Origin: Candidatus Woesebacteria bacterium
GTDB taxonomy: Bacteria > Patescibacteriota > Microgenomatia > UBA1400 > UBA12028
DNA: 48,261 nucleotides
Direction: 5' to 3'
NCBI GenBank assembly: GCA_040006915.1
Contig: JBDTWD010000007.1
Location: forward strand, 1 to 48,261
In this document: piece after piece, positions 25,847 through 33,451 of the stretch
Layout: the number at the start of each line of letters is the position of its first letter
How positions within the stretch are numbered: position 1 is the stretch's first letter
Made by a program: the position numbers and the translations under genes
The notes under the pieces: generated by a model
The model's input: only the letters and a program-made list of their open reading frames with translations
What the model was told of the DNA's origin: nothing
The model's database searches: none

Positions 25847-25879
25847 TTTTTCATTCTTTTCCCGACTATTGTCTTGTCT
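25841..25879 (+). repeat. copy 2 of the ~39-nt repeated intergenic element
   Basis: See copy 1. Confidence 0.6.
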
Positions 25880-26104
25880 ATGCAAATTTCACGTCATTGG
25901 CGTATGAATCCACTACGATACCGACTTCAAGGAGTTCGCTATGCAAATGGGGAAGTTAGTCTTCAAGCACGACCTCAGCCAGTGAGAGAGAACTCTGATC
26001 TTCGACTTTCTGAGTCAGTTGCGAAGACTGTTTTAGATGCAACAGCCGCTGTTGAACCAGAAACGACCATTGAGGGTAAAAGAAAAGGCATAGAGGCAGC
26101 ATAA
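25874..26104 (+). CDS. hypothetical small protein (possible degenerate DUF35-N-like, see findings)
   Basis: 76-aa ORF with a TTG start (ATG at 25880). It is preceded by the second copy of the repeated element and ends 2 nt before idi. Confidence 0.35.
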   Translation: MSMQISRHWRMNPLRYRLQGVRYANGEVSLQARPQPVRENSDLRLSESVAKTVLDATAAVEPETTIEGKRKGIEAA

Positions 26105-26106
26105 CT

Positions 26107-26631
26107 ATGGATCAAGTGATTTTAGTTGATGCTGATGATAAAGAAATTGGAGTGATGGATAAAGTAGAAGCACATCGAGGAACCGGAAAATTACATCGAG
26201 CGACCTCAGTTTTTTTGTTTAACAAAAAAGGAGAATTATTGGTCCAACAGCGCAGTAGTAAGAAAATAACGTGCCAATTGATGTGGGCGAATACCTGCTG
26301 TGGGAATTTGAGGCCAGGGGAAACATATCGTGAGTGTGCTCATCGGAGATTGCAGGAAGAATTAGGTATTTTTGGAGTGAAATTAGAGGAAGTCGTCAAG
26401 TTTTTGTATCAAACTCCTTGTGATGATGAGTTTAGTGAATACGAGATGGATACGGTCTATATGGGGTATTATGACGGACAAGTAAGGCCGAACCCAGATG
26501 AAGTGAGTGGATACAAGTGGATTGAATGGAACGATTTGATGTTACAAAACTCACTTGTCCCTTGGGTAAAAATAATGAAACAGAAAGAAATAATAAAGAA
26601 AATAAAGGAGCACTATGACGGAATCAGATAA
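26107..26631 (+). CDS. idi: isopentenyl-diphosphate delta-isomerase, type 1 (Nudix fold)
   Basis: LHRATSVFLFNKKGELLVQQRSSKK...WANTCCGNLRPGETYRECAHRRLQEELGI is the type-1 IDI signature, including the catalytic Cys and the Nudix box. Confidence 0.9.
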   Translation: MDQVILVDADDKEIGVMDKVEAHRGTGKLHRATSVFLFNKKGELLVQQRSSKKITCQLMWANTCCGNLRPGETYRECAHRRLQEELGIFGVKLEEVVKFLYQTPCDDEFSEYEMDTVYMGYYDGQVRPNPDEVSGYKWIEWNDLMLQNSLVPWVKIMKQKEIIKKIKEHYDGIR

Positions 26632-26797
26632 AAAACTAAAAGTATTAGAAGGAATAGGGCTTTCGACTTCACGAGCACAAGAAGTATTGAATGATGAATC
26701 CGACACTTTTTGGGATGGAATTGCATCTGGTTCAATAGTCTTGAGCCCTGATCAACTACTTGCGCTCTTTTCCAAAGAAACTGAAGTTGCTGCTTAA
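26615..26797 (+). CDS. hypothetical small protein
   Basis: 60-aa ORF packed exactly between idi (17-nt overlap) and the kinase start at 26799. No motif recognised. Confidence 0.35.
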   Translation: MTESDKKLKVLEGIGLSTSRAQEVLNDESDTFWDGIASGSIVLSPDQLLALFSKETEVAA

Positions 26798-26798
26798 T

Positions 26799-27647
26799 AT
26801 GCAAGACTTCACTTCTCATGGCAAGATTATTCTTTCCGGAGAACACTCCGTAGTATACGGCTATCCTGCGCTCGTCTGTCCTGTGGATCAAGAAGTGAAA
26901 GTTGTAATTCAAAAGGGAGAACAAAAAAAAACATCTCCTTTTTTGCTCAATATTCTTTCGATTTTTCAGAACGAGCAAGAGGTCTCTTTTGATGATCTAT
27001 TGATTGTAATAGAAAGTACTCTACCTCTCGGTAGTGGCTTAGGATCTTCAGCTGCGACTGCATCGGCAGTTTTCCAGGCACTCTATTGTTTTTTTAAAAT
27101 TAAATATACGAAAAAGCATTTACTTTTCTTGGTCCAAGAAAGTGAAAAATTCGCGCATGGAAATCCAAGCGGAGTAGACGCAGTGGCTGTCGTATACCCA
27201 AGCATAATCGAATTTCAAAAAACAGATGAGCAAATTGAGTGGGATATAATTGCAACAGGTAAAGCTCTTCCTCCTTTTCTTCTCCTTCAGTCAGGAATTC
27301 CAAGTGAAACAACTCGAGAAATGGTTGAATATGTAAAAACCTTCTCCCGGAAAGAAGAGATTTTACCTCGAATTGGGAAAATCACTCAAAAAATGATTAA
27401 GAAACTTAAAGAGAAGCATCTTGATTTAGGGCTCATTACGCAAAACGAGCGGTTGCTAGAAGAACTGGGTGTTGTCGGTCAGAAAGCTCTGTCTATGATT
27501 CATCAAATTGAAAGTAAAGGGGGAGTAGCAAAGATTGTTGGTGCAGGTGGCAGAGAAAATGGTTCAGGAGTAATCATCGCATTTCATCCTACCAATATTT
27601 CAATACTACGAGAAGTTGCTCTACAAAACGAATGGGAGATTATTTAA
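26799..27647 (+). CDS. mvk: GHMP kinase, mevalonate-kinase-like
   Basis: Trimmed to MQDFTSHGKIILSGEHSVVYGYPAL. GHMP motif PLGSGLGSSAATASAV. C-terminal GAGG. Confidence 0.75.
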   Translation: MQDFTSHGKIILSGEHSVVYGYPALVCPVDQEVKVVIQKGEQKKTSPFLLNILSIFQNEQEVSFDDLLIVIESTLPLGSGLGSSAATASAVFQALYCFFKIKYTKKHLLFLVQESEKFAHGNPSGVDAVAVVYPSIIEFQKTDEQIEWDIIATGKALPPFLLLQSGIPSETTREMVEYVKTFSRKEEILPRIGKITQKMIKKLKEKHLDLGLITQNERLLEELGVVGQKALSMIHQIESKGGVAKIVGAGGRENGSGVIIAFHPTNISILREVALQNEWEII

Positions 27648-27651
27648 TACT

Positions 27652-28623
27652 ATGATAGTGGTCACTGCTTCTGCCCCAGGCAAGTTATTACTTTTCGGAG
27701 ATCATGCTGTCGTCTATGGACGACCTTGCATTGTCACTGCTGTGGATCAACGCTTGTGGGTCACAGTTAAAAAAAATGGCATAGATGTTTTTCATTTAGA
27801 GGCTCCTGATCTTGGTCTGTCTGCATATTCCAAAACAGTAAAAGAACTGGGAAAGAAAGAAGTGCCGAAATCTGTTTCATTTATCGAACATGTGTATAAA
27901 CGTTTTTTGGAACGATTCCCACAAAAAGAAGGAATTATTGTTACCACAAAAAGTGATTTCTCTAGTAATTTCGGATTTGGTTCAAGCAGTGCGGTTACAG
28001 TGGCCTTTGCCAAAGCCCTTACAACGTTGTACGGAATTTCATATACAAAAATGGAGCTTTTTGAATTGTGCTACCAAGCCGTCCTTGATGTTCAGGGGGT
28101 GGGATCTGGTTTTGATATCGCCGCTGCGATTTGGGGAGGCACTATTTACTACGTCAGTCCAGCAAAGATTGTAGAACAGTTAGATTGTCCTGATTTGTCG
28201 CTGATAGTTGGATATACCGGAATGAAAGCTGACACTCCAACCTTAATACGCATGGTTGAATCGCAGTATAAAGAGAATGAAGAAGCAATTGGAGCAATTT
28301 TTGATGAGATGGGAACAATTGTTGATCAAGCTCGAGAAGTAATGAAAGACAAGAAGTGGAAAAAGGTTGGAGAACTAATGATTAAAAATCAACAACTGCT
28401 TGCGTTTTTGAAGGTGAGTAGCGTGCAACTGGATGCACAAATCAATGCTAGTATCAAAGCCGGAGCGTATGGAGCAAAATTGTCAGGGGCTGGTGGTGGT
28501 GATTGTATGGTTGCGGTTAGCGATCCATCAAAAAAAGATTCTATTGAATCGGCAATTCAAAAAGTAGGGGGGATAATTCTGCCAGTGAATCTCAATGCCA
28601 GAGGAGTCACCATTGAAAAATAA
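27652..28623 (+). CDS. second GHMP kinase, probably phosphomevalonate kinase (also mevalonate-kinase-like in sequence)
   Basis: MIVVTASAPGKLLLFGDHAVVYGRPCIV, FGFGSSSAVTVAFAKAL, LSGAGGGDCMVAV. The PMK assignment comes from operon logic only. Confidence 0.65.
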   Translation: MIVVTASAPGKLLLFGDHAVVYGRPCIVTAVDQRLWVTVKKNGIDVFHLEAPDLGLSAYSKTVKELGKKEVPKSVSFIEHVYKRFLERFPQKEGIIVTTKSDFSSNFGFGSSSAVTVAFAKALTTLYGISYTKMELFELCYQAVLDVQGVGSGFDIAAAIWGGTIYYVSPAKIVEQLDCPDLSLIVGYTGMKADTPTLIRMVESQYKENEEAIGAIFDEMGTIVDQAREVMKDKKWKKVGELMIKNQQLLAFLKVSSVQLDAQINASIKAGAYGAKLSGAGGGDCMVAVSDPSKKDSIESAIQKVGGIILPVNLNARGVTIEK

Positions 28624-28627
28624 TTCT

Positions 28628-29605
28628 ATGAAAACAACGATTCAAGCTTCTTCAGATGTTGCTCTTGTCAAATATTGGGGAAAAAAAGACGAGATTCTAC
28701 GACTTCCCGAAAATGGAAGTATTTCCATGATTCTCGAAGGGCTCGATACCAAAACGACAGTTGAATTTCAGTCTGAACTAGAATTAGATGATGTCCTCAT
28801 TGCCGGCGAAAAAGGAAAAGGAGAGGAAGAGCGGGTCTCGAAGCATCTAGACCGAATTCGCAAACTCGCTGGAGTTCCAACTTTTGCAAAAGTTGTATCA
28901 GAAAATGTGTTTCCTAAAGGAACAGGTCTCTCGAGTTCTGGTTCAGGCTTTGCCGCACTGACGCTTGCCGCGACCAAAGCACTAGGAATGAATTTGAGTC
29001 AAAAAGAATTGAGCATTCTTGCTCGACAAGGGTCGGGAACTGCTTGTCGGTGTGTGTGTGGAGGATTTGTTGAATGGAAAGATGGTGATACTAGTGAGAC
29101 ATCATATGCGGAGACTATCTTTTCCAAAGAGTACTTCGATATTCGAGATGTGGTTGCTGTCGTCAGTGAGGGGAAGAAAGCAATTTCTTCAACTCAGGGA
29201 CACGCAAATGCCAAATCAGGAATTTTCTTTCAAGCCAGGCAAGCGCACATTCAACAAAAAATTGAGGCTGTAAAACAAGCGGTTGGCAAAAAAGACTTTA
29301 CTCTATTGGGTGAATTAGTAGAAGCCGAGGCATTAGAGTTCCACAGTATTCTATTTACCAGTAGTCCTTCGCATATTGCCTGGTATCCAGGAACGATAGA
29401 AGTCATACTTGCGGTGCAGCAGATGAGAAGAGATGGCATTAAAGCATACTTTACAATTAACACAGGGTTTAATGTCCATGTACTTACACTTCCAGAATAT
29501 GAGACGGAAGTGTGCGATAGATTACAAAAACTTTCACTTGTCCAAAAATGTATTCGCACTACAGTTGGAGATGCTCCAAAAGAACTCCATACTCATTTGT
29601 TTTAA
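28628..29605 (+). CDS. mvaD: diphosphomevalonate decarboxylase
   Basis: ALVKYWGKKDE...NGSISM, GTGLSSSGSGFAALTLA, ARQGSGTACRCVCGGFVEW. Confidence 0.9.
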   Translation: MKTTIQASSDVALVKYWGKKDEILRLPENGSISMILEGLDTKTTVEFQSELELDDVLIAGEKGKGEEERVSKHLDRIRKLAGVPTFAKVVSENVFPKGTGLSSSGSGFAALTLAATKALGMNLSQKELSILARQGSGTACRCVCGGFVEWKDGDTSETSYAETIFSKEYFDIRDVVAVVSEGKKAISSTQGHANAKSGIFFQARQAHIQQKIEAVKQAVGKKDFTLLGELVEAEALEFHSILFTSSPSHIAWYPGTIEVILAVQQMRRDGIKAYFTINTGFNVHVLTLPEYETEVCDRLQKLSLVQKCIRTTVGDAPKELHTHLF

Positions 29606-29607
29606 AT

Positions 29608-30300
29608 ATGCAAAAACCCACTTTACCCAAACACATTGCTATCATCATGGATGGAAACCGTCGGTGGGCACGGCAAAACAAATTAAAAGCCTTGCAAGGA
29701 CATTCGTATGTCGTTGATCATTGTATCGAGCCATTGGTTGATCGATGTATTGAGCTTGGTATTCCATATTTAACCTTGTGGGCTTTTAGTACCGAAAACT
29801 GGGAACGGGATCAAGAGGAAGTTTCAGGATTGATGAACATCTTTCGTCGAGCATTTCAAAAGAAAGCCGAGGATCTGCACAAAAAAGGTGTGCGACTCAA
29901 TGTTTTAGGCGACATCGATGCATTTCCCAAAGACATTGCTGCGCAAGCAAAAGAATGGGTGAAGTTATCGACCACAAACACCAATATTACCGTATCATTT
30001 GCGTTAAACTACGGTGGACGAGCAGAAATATTGCATTCAGTCAACAAACTTTTAAAATCAAATCATCAATTGCCAATTCAGTCGGAAGACTTCGAAGAGA
30101 ATCTGTATACTGTCGGTCTACCTGATCCAGATTTATTGATCAGACCAGGTGGAGAGAAGCGTCTTTCTGGCTTCCTACCTTGGCAAACGGTTTATACTGA
30201 GCTGTATTTTACCGATATTTTAATGCCTGACTTCACCCCCGAGAAACTAGATGAGGCACTCGAAGAGTACGCCAAACGACAGCGTCGTTTTGGACACTAG
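29608..30300 (+). CDS. uppS: undecaprenyl-diphosphate synthase (cis-prenyltransferase)
   Basis: PKHIAIIMDGNRRWAR...LTLWAFSTENWERD...NYGGRAEI...DLLIRPGGEKRLSGFLPWQ. Confidence 0.95.
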   Translation: MQKPTLPKHIAIIMDGNRRWARQNKLKALQGHSYVVDHCIEPLVDRCIELGIPYLTLWAFSTENWERDQEEVSGLMNIFRRAFQKKAEDLHKKGVRLNVLGDIDAFPKDIAAQAKEWVKLSTTNTNITVSFALNYGGRAEILHSVNKLLKSNHQLPIQSEDFEENLYTVGLPDPDLLIRPGGEKRLSGFLPWQTVYTELYFTDILMPDFTPEKLDEALEEYAKRQRRFGH

Positions 30301-30593
30301 AGAATGCTAATTCCAAAGATTCTCTGCACAATCTGGGCCAGCCAGAATGAAGCAAACAGAAGAAGAAACCCAACTAGTGCTGCCGTAATCCGTTCTTTAC
30401 CTGCTTGTTGGGATTTCGGGTCCGCTGCTCCGGTTAACATTTCAAATCCACCCCAAATGAGCATAATAAAGAGAATAAGACCGCCGAATGAAAATAAGTA
30501 GGGAAGTAACTTGGAAATAATCCCTCTAGGAGTTGTCAGTTGTACATCTGGTCCTGCTGCTCCAAAAATTGCTTGATTAAGTTTAGTAAAGGT
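30297..30593 (-). repeat. copy 1 of a ~295-bp direct repeat encoding the shared C-terminal pilin module of P8/P9
   Basis: Aligns with 30935-31231. The 32-mer ATAATCCCTCTAGGAGTTGTCAGTTGTACATC is identical at 30517-30548 and 31155-31186. By hand alignment, 87 of 98 encoded residues are identical. Confidence 0.85.
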
Positions 30594-30890
30594 TGCACTG
30601 TTTACCCCCGGTCCAGTACCATCAGGGTTTTGACCGAATTGTTGGCACAGTTGTGAGGAAGTAGGAGGTCCGCAATAGTAGGCAACTGTTCCATCAGCAC
30701 AGGTCGTCGTTTGTGCAGTACAGACAGCAGGCTGACTCCCACCGTTACTGTCGACGACGCTTTGTAAGCAGGTAACAGGAACAGTACTCCACTGTCCACA
30801 GTTCACAGACGCAGCCTGAGCAAAACTATGCTGTCCACACAATAAAAAAATCCCAACCACAATCAGTAGTATTTTTCTTGTCTTTTTCAT
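30297..30890 (-). CDS. secreted Cys-rich domain fused to a T4SS pilin module (P8)
   Basis: Trimmed to MKKTRKILLIVVGIFLLCGQHSFAQA. An 8-Cys N-domain of about 75 aa is followed by WGGFEMLTGAADPKSQQAGKERITAALVGFLLLF. Confidence 0.75.
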   Translation of the reverse strand: MKKTRKILLIVVGIFLLCGQHSFAQAASVNCGQWSTVPVTCLQSVVDSNGGSQPAVCTAQTTTCADGTVAYYCGPPTSSQLCQQFGQNPDGTGPGVNSATFTKLNQAIFGAAGPDVQLTTPRGIISKLLPYLFSFGGLILFIMLIWGGFEMLTGAADPKSQQAGKERITAALVGFLLLFASFWLAQIVQRIFGISIL

Positions 30891-30934
30891 TGCATAGCTA
30901 GTATGCCTTAAACTGAAGAAAGTTACAGAATCAT

Positions 30935-31231
30935 TTAGAGGATGCTGATTCCAAAGACCTTTTGCACAATCTGTGCTAGCCAGAAGGAGGAGAAGAGTAG
31001 CAAGAAACCAATAATGGCGGCCGTAATTCGTTCTTTTCCTGCTTGTTGGGATTTCGGGTCTGCTGCCCCGGTTAACATTTCGAATCCACCCCAAAGGATC
31101 ATGATAAACAAAATCAGTCCTGCAAAGGAAAAGAGATAGGGAAGCAATTTTGAGATAATCCCTCTAGGAGTTGTCAGTTGTACATCAGGCCCAGCTGCCC
31201 CAAAAATTGCGGCATTTAATTTGGAAAACAA
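30935..31231 (-). repeat. copy 2 of the ~295-bp direct repeat (P9 C-terminal pilin module)
   Basis: See copy 1. Confidence 0.85.
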
Positions 31232-31867
31232 CAGTGGCGTTGCTCCCTCAGTTGGATTAATGGGGGCATTTGAAATTGGTGGAATCGTTGGCTGTGTTGC
31301 TGAACACCCAGAAGTAGTATTCACTGCCCATCCACAACAGCGTCTTCCCGCTATTGGTGGATTGTATTCTGCATTGGACTGACAGTCACATGTTTCCGTT
31401 GCCGTGTTATATGCATGTCCACAAGTTTTTGCGATGGTTGCCGGTGCGGTTGCATATCCTTGGCAGCTCGTACCCTGATCGTTATTGGCTTGGCCGATAA
31501 CTCCTTGCAAAACATAGGTCGCTCCAGGTTGAGGCGCCGTGTTTGCAAAGGCGTTTGGAGCAGAGACTGCACAAGTGTAGGTAACGGTACTTGTTGTACT
31601 CAGTTGTTTGGTGCACTCAGACTCATTGATTCCGGTTTGATGAATAATGGTTCCAGAGCCCGTTAAAAATATCTCAAGACCAATAGGGAAGTGCTGACTG
31701 GGGAAAGGAGAGTTTGTTTGAAACGTAACGGTGGCGTTATATCCAGTAGAGGTAATTGAAGTGTTTGAGACTCCACAACTAGAGGCAAAAACAGCGGTTG
31801 GTAAAACGAAACCGACAAAAAGAAGAACGGTGAGTGACAAGATAGTGGTGGTGAAAATCTTCTTCAT
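30935..31867 (-). CDS. secreted Cys-rich domain fused to a T4SS pilin module (P9)
   Basis: Trimmed to MKKIFTTTILSLTVLLFVGFVLPTAVFA. A Cys/Thr-rich N-domain of about 185 aa is followed by a C-terminal module nearly identical to that of P8. Confidence 0.75.
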   Translation of the reverse strand: MKKIFTTTILSLTVLLFVGFVLPTAVFASSCGVSNTSITSTGYNATVTFQTNSPFPSQHFPIGLEIFLTGSGTIIHQTGINESECTKQLSTTSTVTYTCAVSAPNAFANTAPQPGATYVLQGVIGQANNDQGTSCQGYATAPATIAKTCGHAYNTATETCDCQSNAEYNPPIAGRRCCGWAVNTTSGCSATQPTIPPISNAPINPTEGATPLLFSKLNAAIFGAAGPDVQLTTPRGIISKLLPYLFSFAGLILFIMILWGGFEMLTGAADPKSQQAGKERITAAIIGFLLLFSSFWLAQIVQKVFGISIL

Positions 31868-31871
31868 ACGA

Positions 31872-33059
31872 TTATGTTCCAAATCCAGGGATATGGAGGA
31901 GTGTTACTCCGATAAACTGCAGAATAATGATTGAGAAGATCACAAAGAACAGTCCCATAACTGCGGCTGTAACCATTTCTTGTCCTTCTTTGACTCGGGT
32001 TGGATCTCCACTACTCGTTGTCAGTAAGAAAGCTCCATAGAGGATGGAGAGGAGGACGAAACCTCCCGCAATTCCAAGGCCAATACGTAAGAATGAGGTG
32101 ACAATTCCTTCCGCAGAAGTTTTCACACATCCAAACGCTGTCCAGTATCCTTGGCTGTTCGGATCAGTGATGGTATCACCACCACCTATACATTTGCGGC
32201 ATTCAACTTGATCAGGAGGAGCTGCTTGATTACAGAGGATAAAGGCTGGAGCTGCGCCCCCAGGATTTGGGATAGGAAAATTATCGGTTGGGTCATCATC
32301 TTGTTCCAAAGAACTTTTTAGGACATTGAACGTAGTAGAACAATTTCGATGATCAGTGAGTGTATTTAGAGAGCCGCTTCCGTTCCCCACTTCTAATGCG
32401 TAGTCTCCATCTGGCCATTTTTCCATGATCCCACCTGTTAGAACCTCTCCATTAAAAGTGAGAGGTACCTTTGCCAGAAGAGGATTACCTGGTATGCGAA
32501 TATATGCGGCGTATCCTTGAGAATGATTTAAAGGACCTCCAGGGACGGTAATATTGACGTTAATCAGATCACCATTGCGGGTGAGGCCAACCTGCGGGGT
32601 TCCGCAGTTATAGGCAACTGGTTTTTGGAATCGTACGTTTGTACTACAGACAAGAGCATCGGCTACACCAGCTTCTCTTTCGATTTGAACATGAAAGATA
32701 GCAACGGTGTCACTTTGTTTATTAAACATGGACGCTAAGTTACTTGTAATATCAACTGATAGATTTCCGTTTGATAGCTGTGAGGAGGTCAAAGGGAAAA
32801 ATTTATCACTAAGAGGTACTGTTGGATCGAATGCATGAATAAAGTAATCGTCAGCTCCATCAGTGGCTGGTGCACCATCTTTTTTTACGTCATTTGCAGA
32901 AAGCCTGACGGCTTCAGGGTTAATAAAGTAATCGTTATTAGCGGGGGTATTAGTTTGCAGGGTACAGTTATCTGCGGCAAAGGCTTGAGTTTTCTCCATC
33001 GCAAAAAATAGCCCTGTGAAAAGGAAAACGGCAACCGCAAATTTGCCTAGAAGCTTCAT
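31872..33059 (-). CDS. secreted ~300-aa domain fused to a T4SS pilin module (P10)
   Basis: Start at MKLLGKFAVAVFLFTGLFFA (track start 33077 is also possible). The C-terminus reads YGAFLLTTSSGDPTRVKEGQEMVTAAVMGLFFVI between two TM helices. Confidence 0.7.
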   Translation of the reverse strand: MKLLGKFAVAVFLFTGLFFAMEKTQAFAADNCTLQTNTPANNDYFINPEAVRLSANDVKKDGAPATDGADDYFIHAFDPTVPLSDKFFPLTSSQLSNGNLSVDITSNLASMFNKQSDTVAIFHVQIEREAGVADALVCSTNVRFQKPVAYNCGTPQVGLTRNGDLINVNITVPGGPLNHSQGYAAYIRIPGNPLLAKVPLTFNGEVLTGGIMEKWPDGDYALEVGNGSGSLNTLTDHRNCSTTFNVLKSSLEQDDDPTDNFPIPNPGGAAPAFILCNQAAPPDQVECRKCIGGGDTITDPNSQGYWTAFGCVKTSAEGIVTSFLRIGLGIAGGFVLLSILYGAFLLTTSSGDPTRVKEGQEMVTAAVMGLFFVIFSIIILQFIGVTLLHIPGFGT

Positions 33060-33116
33060 ACCTTGTAATTTTACCATTCTCTTGTATTTAAGGGGAAGGA
33101 AAACGCAAATACTGGT

Positions 33117-33428
33117 TTACTCTGTTAACGTTTGCAGGTTCTCGGTATTATCTTGGAAAACTTTAGAAACTTGCTCTGCAGACTCTTCCTCACTTTGGGT
33201 AAGCTTCTCTTCTACATCATCAGCTGCGTCAGCAGCATCAATCAAGGTTTGCCCTGACTGGACTTCTGTTGCTTGGACTTTTGCCACAAATGTATTAAAA
33301 CGCTCAAAATCAGCAGGCGAAAGATCCTCAGGATACCCAGAAAGTTCGGCGACTAGTATATCGAGTACGTCACTTTCGACCTCTTTTGTTTCTTTAATTT
33401 CAGTAATCAATTGTTGTTTTGTAGGCAT
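33117..33428 (-). CDS. small, very acidic hypothetical protein
   Basis: 103-aa ORF rich in D/E, in an operon position upstream of P10. Confidence 0.5.
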   Translation of the reverse strand: MPTKQQLITEIKETKEVESDVLDILVAELSGYPEDLSPADFERFNTFVAKVQATEVQSGQTLIDAADAADDVEEKLTQSEEESAEQVSKVFQDNTENLQTLTE

Positions 33429-33451
33429 ACGGTTTCCTTTTTTAAAGTACG

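Noticed and set aside
30891-31094. The N-terminal extension of P8 in the track ORF 30297..31094
   Set aside because: The extension overlaps the 3' pilin module of P9 in another frame. ATG 30890 yields a canonical signal peptide (MKKTRKILLIVVGIFLL...FAQA).
30297-31867. A diversity-generating retroelement as the source of P8/P9 head variability
   Set aside because: There is no reverse transcriptase gene and no template/variable repeat pair with adenine-specific differences. The heads are unrelated in length and sequence rather than point-diversified.
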